Source: an uncultured Saprospiraceae bacterium (GTDB taxonomy: Bacteria; Bacteroidota; Bacteroidia; Chitinophagales; Saprospiraceae). From it: 64,000 bases of DNA. The first letter of the stretch is position 1. Each line of letters opens with the position of its first letter. This document shows, piece after piece, positions 20,901 through 28,200 of the stretch. A program made the translations under genes and the position numbers. The notes under the pieces were generated by a model. The model saw nothing but the letters and a program-made list of their open reading frames with translations, made no database searches and was not told where the DNA came from. Where the stretch lies: assembly GCA_938045585.1 (NCBI GenBank), contig CALIAU010000004.1, forward strand, positions 25,534 to 89,533, given 5' to 3'.

Positions 20901-23900
20901 TTAATGTTTCATCGACTCCGTAAGTTCCAGTCGTATTCATTGGATCGTTAGCAGTCCATCCACTTCCTGTATTTAGACCAGTAACATTGAGGTCAAAGCT
21001 AAAGGTATCATCTGAGGGATCACTTGGTGTACCATTATCATCACAATCTGGAGTAGATGGTACAGCAGTAATATCACAAGTATTGGAACAGCTAGTAGGT
21101 GCAGGAATAATAATCATATTAGTGCACAATGGATCATCATCATCTGTAATCGTAATGATAAGATCTCCTCCTGAAATGGGAAAGCCGCTAAAACTCTCGT
21201 CTACACCGTAAGACCCTGAAGTATTTGATGGATCATTTGCAGTCCACGTAAGTCCTGTATTTGCTCCAGTAACATTCAAGTCAAAAGAAAAGGTATCATC
21301 ACTTGGATCACTTGGTGTACCATTATCATCACACATAGGAGTTGAGGCTGCTATTGAAAGAGCGCATAAATTTGAACAGGTATTTGTTGGCGCAGCTACG
21401 CTAACTATATCTATGCAGCTAATTTCAACGTTATCCATTATTGTTATAAGAACATCACCTCCTGAAATGGGAAAGCCACTTATCGTTTCATCGACTCCGT
21501 ACACACCTGTTGTAGACATTGGATCGTTTGCAGTCCATCCTGCTCCTGTCATAAAACCAGTGACATTTACATCAAAGGAAAAGGTATCATCACTTGGGTC
21601 ACTTGGTGTGCCATTATCATTACAGACCGCTGCAGATACCACTGCGCTTATATCACAATCATTGGAACAGGCAGCTGGCGCTGGAATAATAATCATGTAT
21701 GTACAAAGCGGATCAGTATCATCTACAATCGTAATTGTTACATCACCTCCTGAAATTGGAAAACCACTAAAACTTTCGTCAACGCCATAAGTCCCTGATG
21801 TATTTAGTGGATCATCCGCAGTCCAACTGCTTCCTGTGTTTGATCCTGTTACATTAAGATCAAAGGAAAAGGTATCATCACTTGGGTCACTTGGTGTACC
21901 ATTATCATCGCACATCGGAGTTGATGCTATGGCTGAAATCACACATAGTTCAGAACACGTTGTTAATGGAGCAGATACACTGATAACATCTGTACAAGTG
22001 AGATCATCGATATCCACAATCGTTATTATTACATCACCTCCTGAAATTGGAAAACCACTCAATGTTTCATCCACTCCATATACACCTGTTGTAGCCATTG
22101 GGTCGTTAGCAGTCCACCCTGCTCCCGTCAATAGGCCAGTTACATTGAGATCAAAGGAAAAGGTATCATCACTTGGATCACTTGGCGTACCATTATCATC
22201 ACATACTGCCTCAGATGCCACTGCTGTAATGTCACAATCTGTTGAACACGTTGTAGGTGCAATAATCGTAATCATCTCAGTACACAATGGATCGTCATCA
22301 TCCATAATGGTAATTGTCACATCTCCTCCTGAAATGGGAAAGCCACTAAAACTTTCGTCTACACCATAGGTCCCTGATGTAATTAATGGATCATCCGCAG
22401 TCCAACTGCTTCCTGTATTTAATCCCGTTGCATTTAAATCAAAAGAAAAGGTATCATCACTTGGGTCACTTGGAGTACCATTATCATCACACATCGGTAT
22501 GGAGGCTGTTATGTTAATCACACAAAGATCAGAACACGTTGTTAATGGCGCAGATACACTGATAACATCTGTGCATGTAGGATCATCGTTATCTACTATC
22601 GTAATAATCACATCCCCTCCTGAAATCGGAAAACCACTCAATGTTTCATCCACTCCATATACACCTGAGGTAGTCATTGGATCATTTGCTGTCCATCCCG
22701 CTCCTGCCATTACTCCAGTTACATTCAGATCAAAGAAAAAAGTGTCATCACTTGGATCACTTGGCGTACCATTATCATCACAGTCTGCTATAGAAGCTAC
22801 TGCTGTAATATTACAGCTTGTTGAACACGTCGTAGGTGCAGGAATCGTAATCATTTCTGTACATGATGGATCGTCGTTGTCGGTGATCGTAATCGTTACA
22901 TCACCTCCAGAAATTGGAAAGCCACTAAAACTTTCGTCTACACCATAAGTTCCTGAAGTACTTAAGGGATCATCCGCAGTCCAACTGCTTCCTGTATTTA
23001 TTCCTGTTACATTGAGATCAAAAGAAAAGGTATCATCACTTGGATCACTTGTCGTGCCATTATCATCACACATCGGCATGGAGGACGTCACTGAAATATC
23101 ACAAGCATCAGAACAAGTTCCTGGATCAGGAAGCCAAAATTGCAAAACACATAGGGGGTAGGTATCATCATTGACCGTTATAATCATTCCTCCTCCCCCT
23201 GCACTTCCTGGCAAGGTTTGAAATATCTGTGGAGCACCGTAGGTTCCCCCTGGTGGTATAGTTGTTATAGGCGAAATAGTATAGGATGTTCCAAGACCTA
23301 CTCCAGTAGGATTTATTTCAAAAACTATATAATCGTCGGTAGGATCTCCTGGTGTTCCATTATCATTACATCCCAATGCACTAAAATTCATTCCTGAAAA
23401 TTCTATATCACAAAAACATTCAGCTGGCACTGGCACATCTATATCAAACGTACAAGATGGATCATCAAAATCTTCAATCGTAAACATTAGGCTGGGAAAT
23501 CCTGATGAGAAATAAGGACCCATCTCCACTGGCACTCCATACGTACCAGTGCCGGCGGCGTCCCCGTCTGAATCTACTGCACCCCAACCAGAACCTACAT
23601 TCGTACCTTCTACTGTTACATCAAAGGTCAAAAGACCATCACTTTGACAGACAATATTTGTTACATCTGCTGAAGTAATTGAACACGAACAATCATCCAC
23701 AACTATTGTCATGGAAGTTTCGCTAGCACATTCATCCATATCCGGAGTGAATGTATATATATGATCTCCAACACCTAGGGTCGAAGGGTTAAACATATTG
23801 CTAGGTGACCAGCTACCGTTTATCCCATTGTCAGATACGTTCGGCAGACTTACATTTATATTTTCTGTATTACAATAGGGTCCCACCTGCATAAAACTTG

Positions 23901-25143
23901 GTGTCTCTTCAGGTATTATAGTAAATTCAAAAGTTGCAGAGTTTGTCGTATTTGTACAGCCATTCGCATCAGTGACTTCATCAATAGTCAGTGAACCCAT
24001 ATTAGTCAAACTTGCAACGCCCGGCCAAACATGCACTGAGTTATCAGAATCAACCCAGTTTACTGGATCAAAAAGTCCTCCAGCTGTATAGTCAAGACAG
24101 GCTGTTAAAATGTTTTCTCCAGCCTCAAAAGTAAGTGTGTTTGTATTTGTGATACCTAATACCGTAGCATCAAATGTAACATCAAAGGGCGCATCTCCAA
24201 TTAGTTCTAATTCTATTTCAATACATGTGCCATCCTCACAGACATCATCTGTCAAATCAGATGACAGCCAATCTGCAGACACTGTATTTACTACAATGGC
24301 AATTTGATCTGAGCCAAGACACGCATTTTCATCAGTGGTAACTACAGTATAAGATCCAGCTTCTGCAGCACTCGCATTTGGAATATTCCAAGGATTATTT
24401 GGACTAGCTCCTGAAGGGCCGGTCCAACTCCATGAAACAGCATCCGCAGTATTTTCTGAAAGGTTAATACTTTCTCCCGCACAAATGTCCGTATCCAATG
24501 CCTCTGCAACTGGCTCTTGCCAGCATAACATGACTACATTATCAAACATCATTTCTTCATCACCTCCCGTAGTTCTCATTGTAACTTCTATGATCGCATT
24601 TGCATTATCAGTGCAGGCAGGAGGAAATTCAATCAGTGCAGACATAGGAATATAATCAGTCCCAATGAGTTCTATGTTCGTGTTTACACCATCTATAATA
24701 ATATCAAAACTTGCAAAATCCCAACATGTGCAATTCGGATGTGCCCAATCACTTGGATCTCCCGGACAGGGGCCTGTACTACCAACACAATTTTCACTGG
24801 AAGATTCTAAAGCATCGTCCCCTGTAGCTGGATATGAATCTCCTGAGTAATCCATAGATACCGAAATAGAAGTACAATTAGAAATATCAATTGGATCTGT
24901 TGTCCAAGTCGCAGCATCGTTTGTATCATCTGCTGTTAGAGTACCATTATTTACTGCGAAAATATCATCGGGAGCGGCGCAGCCAGGGCATACTGAATTC
25001 CATGCTACACCTTCTGCACTTGTACCAGAAGTAGCACCATTGGATTCGTCAAAAGTTTCTGAAAATATGGTCGTTTGGCTAAGGGCCATACAAGGGATGC
25101 ATAGCAAGGCCAATAACAGTTGCAATATTCTCAGGTGTTTCAT
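11992..25143 (-). CDS. giant (4383 aa) acidic cell-surface repeat protein with T9SS type B (gliding-motility-associated, CHU_C-like) C-terminal domain
   Basis: Signal peptide MKHLRILQLLLALLCIPCMALSQ. 37 tandem ~96-97 aa Cys-framed repeats. Terminal ~95 aa are IPSIFSPNGDGSNDIFFVQ...YDRWGNRV...GWAGDWNG...NPGVYVYY, the hallmark of type B CTDs. Confidence 0.9.
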   Translation of the reverse strand: MKHLRILQLLLALLCIPCMALSQTTIFSETFDESNGATSGTSAEGVAWNSVCPGCAAPDDIFAVNNGTLTADDTNDAATWTTDPIDISNCTSISVSMDYSGDSYPATGDDALESSSENCVGSTGPCPGDPSDWAHPNCTCWDFASFDIIIDGVNTNIELIGTDYIPMSALIEFPPACTDNANAIIEVTMRTTGGDEEMMFDNVVMLCWQEPVAEALDTDICAGESINLSENTADAVSWSWTGPSGASPNNPWNIPNASAAEAGSYTVVTTDENACLGSDQIAIVVNTVSADWLSSDLTDDVCEDGTCIEIELELIGDAPFDVTFDATVLGITNTNTLTFEAGENILTACLDYTAGGLFDPVNWVDSDNSVHVWPGVASLTNMGSLTIDEVTDANGCTNTTNSATFEFTIIPEETPSFMQVGPYCNTENINVSLPNVSDNGINGSWSPSNMFNPSTLGVGDHIYTFTPDMDECASETSMTIVVDDCSCSITSADVTNIVCQSDGLLTFDVTVEGTNVGSGWGAVDSDGDAAGTGTYGVPVEMGPYFSSGFPSLMFTIEDFDDPSCTFDIDVPVPAECFCDIEFSGMNFSALGCNDNGTPGDPTDDYIVFEINPTGVGLGTSYTISPITTIPPGGTYGAPQIFQTLPGSAGGGGMIITVNDDTYPLCVLQFWLPDPGTCSDACDISVTSSMPMCDDNGTTSDPSDDTFSFDLNVTGINTGSSWTADDPLSTSGTYGVDESFSGFPISGGDVTITITDNDDPSCTEMITIPAPTTCSTSCNITAVASIADCDDNGTPSDPSDDTFFFDLNVTGVMAGAGWTANDPMTTSGVYGVDETLSGFPISGGDVIITIVDNDDPTCTDVISVSAPLTTCSDLCVINITASIPMCDDNGTPSDPSDDTFSFDLNATGLNTGSSWTADDPLITSGTYGVDESFSGFPISGGDVTITIMDDDDPLCTEMITIIAPTTCSTDCDITAVASEAVCDDNGTPSDPSDDTFSFDLNVTGLLTGAGWTANDPMATTGVYGVDETLSGFPISGGDVIITIVDIDDLTCTDVISVSAPLTTCSELCVISAIASTPMCDDNGTPSDPSDDTFSFDLNVTGSNTGSSWTADDPLNTSGTYGVDESFSGFPISGGDVTITIVDDTDPLCTYMIIIPAPAACSNDCDISAVVSAAVCNDNGTPSDPSDDTFSFDVNVTGFMTGAGWTANDPMSTTGVYGVDETISGFPISGGDVLITIMDNVEISCIDIVSVAAPTNTCSNLCALSIAASTPMCDDNGTPSDPSDDTFSFDLNVTGANTGLTWTANDPSNTSGSYGVDESFSGFPISGGDLIITITDDDDPLCTNMIIIPAPTSCSNTCDITAVPSTPDCDDNGTPSDPSDDTFSFDLNVTGLNTGSGWTANDPMNTTGTYGVDETLSGFPISGGTISITVSDNTDPTCNDVVMITAPPSCSNLCDIVASASIPMCNDNGTPSDPSDDTFSFDLNVTGVNTGSGWTANDPMSTTGSYGVDQTLSGFSISGGSVSITVTDDNDPACTAVISVDPPMSCSNTCNIEVIVGAPSCNNEGTPSDDTDDTFYFDVTVTGSNTGASWIANDINNSSGMYGVVTNLGPFDISSGPVSFTITDIDDNACVANVMVTEPSSCSTTCSISNSIIETLCSDNGTPSDPSDDTYTVEILVTGLNLGGGWTADDPLASSGLYGVNEILGPYNISDGPIVFTITDDTSPGCSTVATVSIPMTCSNLCDISAVASIPMCDDNGTPSDPTDDTYSFDVTVTGLNTGASWVATDPSMTSGSYGSAQTFGPYLISGGATNFTITDNIDGSCQTSVMVSPPPSCSNLCDIDATVGMVSCNDNNTPSDPSDDTFSFELVVTGANTATMWNSDDPAGITGAYGAIVVFGPYAIADGAVTINIFDDTDGLCTAVVNVTPPSTCSDLCAINAVPTAAVCDDNNTPSDPDDDTFSFDLVVTGSNTGLSWSATDPLMTSGAYGSSVSFGPYPISGGDLVFNITDIDEALCATTVNITAPMTCSNLCVIEYTVTNIVCNNNNTPSDDTDDNYSFDIEVNGSNTASTWSANDPLATTGAYGVITSMGPYPISNGTINFTITDASDMLCTADVMVDAPATCSTTCSISNTIGDISCLDNNTVSDPSDDMFTVEIVVSGLNVGTAWTANDPLGTNGLYGVSTILGPYPISGGPINVIITDDIDDMCTTELTLVPPMTCSDVCTLEATVSAVSCDDNNTPSDPSDDLFTFDLFVDGMNIGSSWSSNDPNMNSGSYGGITSFGPFLISDGDLGFTITDGVDPSCTFFVNVAAPMSCSDLCDLEAMFTNIMCNDANTPSDPTDDTFSFEVEVTGSNVATNWVATDPNATSGPYDMSIVFGPYPISGGAINFDIIDAVDGNCLESLSVLPPMSCSDVCDIVVDLATAVCDDNGTPADASDDVFSFDVTVTGNNVGGSWSASDPNATSGAYNSTVSFGPYPISGGDINFTITDGVSPGCTEIITVMAPLSCSNACAIDVVVSNILCDANGTPSDDTDDLYTFDVVVTGFNTSGSWSADEINGATGNYNTIVSFGPYNISDGNQNFTITDASNSLCTANVTVLAPNTCSTTCSITNLVDNITCDDNGTPSDPTDDLFFFDLVVTGSNIGNAWTADDPLLSTGLYGVTVPMGPYEIANGTLNFTITDDIADPSCTTIVSVIPPMSCSDLCDIEAVVSSIVCNDNNTPSDPSDDSYSFDVLVTGLNTGTTWSANDPNAVSGAYEALTSFGPYLISDGDQNFTITDGNSNSCSVLINVATPMTCSDVCALEITEGLVVCSDNGTPSDASDDTYSFDLLVTGSNVSGSWTANDPNGTTGIYDVTEFFGPYPISGGDQNFTITDMGDINCVYDLSIIAPATCSDLCEINAMVSNVSCADNGTPSDPSDDVFTFDVFVTGFNTSNSWSASDPNATSGAYDAIVTLGPYPISGGNINFTITDAVENACTVPVMVSAPASCSNLCDINYTANNILCNDNGTPSDDSDDTYTFDIVVTGLNTALTWSANDPNFSSGNYNETITLGPYPISNGNQNFVITDTNDPMCTATVLVQAPSACSVSCSISNTVSNITCSDNGTPSDPTDDIYFFDILVVGSNIGSSWSANDPFLISGLYNNLVPMGPYLISDGILNFTVTDDANPDCTTIVSVEPPIPCSDLCSLEANVISVSCDDNGTPSDASDDLFSFIVIVEGENAGTTWSANDPNATSGSYGNSISFGPYLISDGDLNFTITDGLDMNCSTSVGVEAPAPCSDACAIDASLISIACNDNGTPSDPSDDTYMFDVLVEGTNASLSWIANDPNGTTGNMGEITSFGPYLISDGDLSLDIEDATSSMCLDQISIEAPLSCSDLCVIEAIVSNINCDDNGTSSESTDDVFSFDLIVSGDNIGAGWEATDPNTTNGNYDITSSFGPYPISGGDLSFVITDAADPSCVYSVLVEAPPSCSNACEIEYVLSNVLCNNNNTPSDNSDDTYTFDLFVTGTNASGMWTASDPNLTSGSYGTVVSFGPYAIVDGNQNFLISDVSNSDCSATAIVIAPDACSTSCSLTNIVSNVTCDPNNTPSEGSDDLYYFDLEITGSNLGTAWVAGDPNGSMGQYNSISNLGPYAISDGILNFVVEDVNDPDCSTIVSVTPPSACSDVCLIEMTISNYSCDDNGTSLDPSDDLFSFDVFVEGMNVGSSWTADDPNNSSGSYNTLITMGPYLIANGDFNFIIEDGVDDQCSILGEVVAPPSCSNDCALLYTSTNLVCNDNGTVNNTADDTYTFDLLVTGTNVNSTSWIATDMNSTTGDYGVLRSFGPFLISDGDAIFNVIDANDPACSVQVQVEVPTDCIDPVCSITTQNMGVVCDDNGTPNDGSDDTFTLSLFVDGMNTGSSWIADDPNMTTGIYGSTSIFGPYAISNGDLNFNIIDANNLTCSAMVIVEAPSDCSQASCMIDLSLGDVSCDNMGTTDPSDDTYQFDVVVTGTNIGTNWIVDDPSVASGLYGSTVLFGPYLISDGNVSLLFTDSGDSACNGLLIVNAPNACSTDCLQQVEAGQSQTLSCDNALVNLVGESIDGGNPSWLDESGAVLANGLELEVTEEGTYYFEVLFDDGCSAIDSVVINSNVQIPFISLEQSPFNPCVDENFVLDASASDMSSSISYEWFGPDGSLLPFSEALIEVNVEGWYYLESFDSANGCSNLDSVLVEDLQIALPEANASYTAISDSTFQFDIFSDVTIVEVLWSNSELLSCSNCLSPIATLSESANFTIEISYDNGCTDILTLFVPIDQREEIFIPSIFSPNGDGSNDIFFVQSAIDRTIKEFIIYDRWGNRVMYRQNIVSNDPAFGWAGDWNGEQLNPGVYVYYLVIENVQGEEQRFFGDISILR
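13018..23115 (-). repeat. in-frame tandem array of 35 canonical ~96-97 aa (~288-291 nt) coding repeats
   Basis: Unit consensus by eye: CS-x2-C-x10-C-[DN]-[DN]-N-G-T-P-S-D-P-S-D-D-[TLV]-[FY]-x-F-D-x-x-V-x-G-x-N ... W-x-A-x-D-P ... G-x-Y-G ... G-[PF]-[YFP]-x-I-S-[GD]-G ... F-x-I-x-D ... C ... P. 10098 nt / 35 = 96.2 aa per unit. Two degenerate copies lie just upstream (~23116-23700). Confidence 0.9.
20800..23115 (-). repeat. 4 x 579-nt higher-order (two-unit, A/B alternating) repeat inside the array
   Basis: Plus-strand antisense ORFs end at 21211, 21790, 22369 and 22948, exactly 579 nt apart, each with ...SPPE[MI]GKPLKLSSTP. At protein level, units alternate TGSSWTADDPL-TSGTYGVDESFSG (96 aa) with GAGWTANDPM-T-GVYGVDETLSG (97 aa). 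Confidence 0.9.
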
Positions 25144-25217
25144 TTCAAATGCAAAGGTGATGATTTTAAAGAAAGTAATGAAACCTACCCTCTTGAATCA
25201 CCTATATTTTCGTTTAA

Positions 25218-28200
25218 TTATCGTAGTAATGTCACATTTCCTGCAAATCTAAGCACTCCTCTTCCAGGTATTTCTACATCAAAATAGTAGACATATACTC
25301 CAGGATTCAAATCTACACCATTCCAGTCTCCTTCCCACCCTATCGCTGGGTCGTTCGTAAAAGCACTAGACACATAGTAGACTCTATTTCCCCATCTATC
25401 GTAAATCGTAAAATCACGGAGCTCATATTCACTTTCTGATTGCACAAAAAACACATCATTGCTTCCATCATTATTTGCACTAAATATGGAAGGAATATAA
25501 ATATCAGTTGAAGCAACAGGCGCGATTATCAGGGTATCAAATAAGACACAGCCATTCCCATAATAGGCTTCCAAGAACAACATGGATGAATCTTGAGCAC
25601 TTGCAATTGTGCTGACACAATTCACACACTCTACTAAACTTGAAGGAGACCAAACAACACTGTCTATAGACACATTGGATGTAAAACTTACATTAAAGCC
25701 ATCTCCTACAATGGAACCTAAGATGGCATCTAACTGCGGATTGTTATTTACATTTATTTGGAAGATTTGTACTTCAGAACAAGCATTTGCATCTATAATT
25801 TCTGCAGATGCTCCCGCGGTAGAAACAAAAAAGGAAAATGGCAAACTATTCGTTTGATAAGTCTGTCCGTCTCCAGTATTCATAATGCTAATCGGAAAAT
25901 TTAAAATGTCCGCACTTACTAAAGTCACCTCAACAAAATCGTCTCCCTCGCATCCTTCTGCTACACTAAATTGATAGTTCCTATCAAAGACTAGATTAAC
26001 CATAAACATAGTATCACACTCTTGGGCACTGCTCGCATTCACGACTGCTGATCCCGATGGTGTATTTTCATCAAAGGTCATTCCACCTAGGGTAATAGAC
26101 TCGCCTGCACATAAAGTATCTGTTAAACTTGCCATCACCTCCTGGTCTATACTTACCGTGACAAAGAGAGTACTATCACATCCATTCACTGATGCATTTG
26201 GGAATATCTCCGTTCCAGAAAGATTTGTTTCACTGTATTCCGTACCATTGATTATTTCTACTGAACCTGGACACAAACTAAGATTTAAAAAATCTTCTGA
26301 CACAGGAAAAAACTCTAAATCAATATTTACCAAACTATCACAACCTTCTGCAGACCCTCCTAATAACAATTCCGAACCTGTCTGGTTATTAATATCATAT
26401 ACTTCATTATTTACCGTAACGGAAAAGTCAGGGCAAAACATGCCATTAATTTCACCTGCAAGCTGGGTGCTAAACGTTAGACTCACATTTACGATGCTAT
26501 CGCATCCATTTACACTTGCTGAAGGAATCAAGACTGAACCTGTTGGATTATTTTCATCAAATACCTCTCCTAATATTATTATGCTCTCTCCTGTACAAAG
26601 TTCATCATCCATTAGAAATTCTGCTGGAGGATGAAATTGCAAATTAACCATCACAGTAGTATCACAGCCTTGCGCGCTACCATCATCAATCACAGCAGAC
26701 CCTATTGGGTTCCCCATATTAAAATCTATACCTCCTATTGTTACTGTTTCGTTTTCACAAATTGGTCCAGTAAAATTTCCTACAGCAGCATCCAAAAACT
26801 CAAGATCAACTGTAATTACCGAATCACAACCAAATACACTTCCACCTGGAATCATATCCGATCCACTTTGGTTATTTATATCATAGGTCGTTCCATTTAA
26901 TTCCACTTCAAACTCATTACATACTTCTCCATCTACTACTAACTCACTGAAACTTGTAAACTCTAGATTTACCGCAATGATACTGTCACAATTAAATATC
27001 GTATTGAGTACCAGCGTATCTGAAGGATTAGATTCATCAAATACCTGTCCTCCTACATTTAAACTTCCACCTGTACATAGGGTCTGATCTATAAAGAGCG
27101 TATCATTTCCGTAGGTCGTCAACTCAATTATTTCATCAAATTCAAAAGCACAACCGCCAAATGTTTCTACGCCAAACAAAGTAATTGTGTATTCATGACT
27201 TGGTTCTAGTATTAAGAATTCCAAAACTGCAGGATTAAAATTATTACAAACTATTAACGGGAAACTTGCTGATGGAGATGGCCCAAGCACTAATGTATCT
27301 ATATCTACATTCCCGTCTTCATCTACTATTTCAAAAAATGCTTGAGCTGAATCAGAAGAATATTCAAGCAAAAACTCACCACAAGCACCCTCGCACAAAT
27401 CTGTTATTTGAGAAGTAAATGAAACAGTCGTCTCCATGCGTACATCTATAACTATCTCCGAAACATCTTCTGGACACGCACCTCCCCCTACAGTGTATAA
27501 AAATCCAAATGGACCTCCAGTCGAAGGTGTAAATATGCTACCGGATAAGGTACCTGTATTATTGGGATCACTAAACACGCCTCCTAGATCAGCGTCTGGA
27601 GGAAGGGAGTTTATAAGGTCATATGCGTCCATTGCACACAGCGTGTCTAAAACGTTTGGCCCAGCGCTCACCATTGAAACTATATTAACAACAATATCTG
27701 CAACAGCATCTTCTTCGCAGGGAAAAATCCCAGAACCAAAATGACTAAATAAATATGCATTTCCTTCAACTAGGACATCTGTATTTAAAAATGTTCCCGT
27801 CAAGGCACCTACCGCTGTGGTATCTGTAAACTCTCCAACAAAAGTATTTCCACTAAGTGCATCTAAGAGATTAAAAGTACCTCCTGCACAGACAAACACT
27901 TCATTGCTTTGGCCCACAAGGAAAGTAGTTTCTTCTATTAATTCAAACTCCACCTGACTCGATGTACATCCATCACTATCCACTGCTTCAATAAAATACG
28001 TTCCAGGAGCTGTTGGCTGAAATGGGTTTCCCGTAAACACCAGCATCCCCATATCGTCATACCAATTTGCAGTAAGCCCTGCTTCAATCATTGCATCGAT
28101 AGCAGGGATCGCCTCATCTGAGCAATACTCAATATCTTGATTTGTTGGATCAGCAACCGCACCACAATCACAGCCCATAAAAGTAAACATGAATTCATTA

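Noticed and set aside
13018-23115. Regularly spaced repeats that could superficially suggest a CRISPR-like array (also 55826-57772)
   Set aside because: Units are 243-291 nt, contiguous with no unique spacers, in-frame within a single ORF and diverged at synonymous-like positions. No cas genes are present.
12025-24850. Many 60-180 aa plus-strand ORFs (e.g. 16994..17440, 18344..18880, 19883..20425, 21836..22369) antisense to the 4383-aa gene
   Set aside because: They repeat with the same 291/579/1440-nt periods as the sense repeats. They are Ser/Val/Ile/Pro-rich mirror images of a Asp/Thr/Ser/Gly-rich sense frame and lack signals or motifs. They are explained by stop-codon-poor antisense frames of a biased coding repeat.
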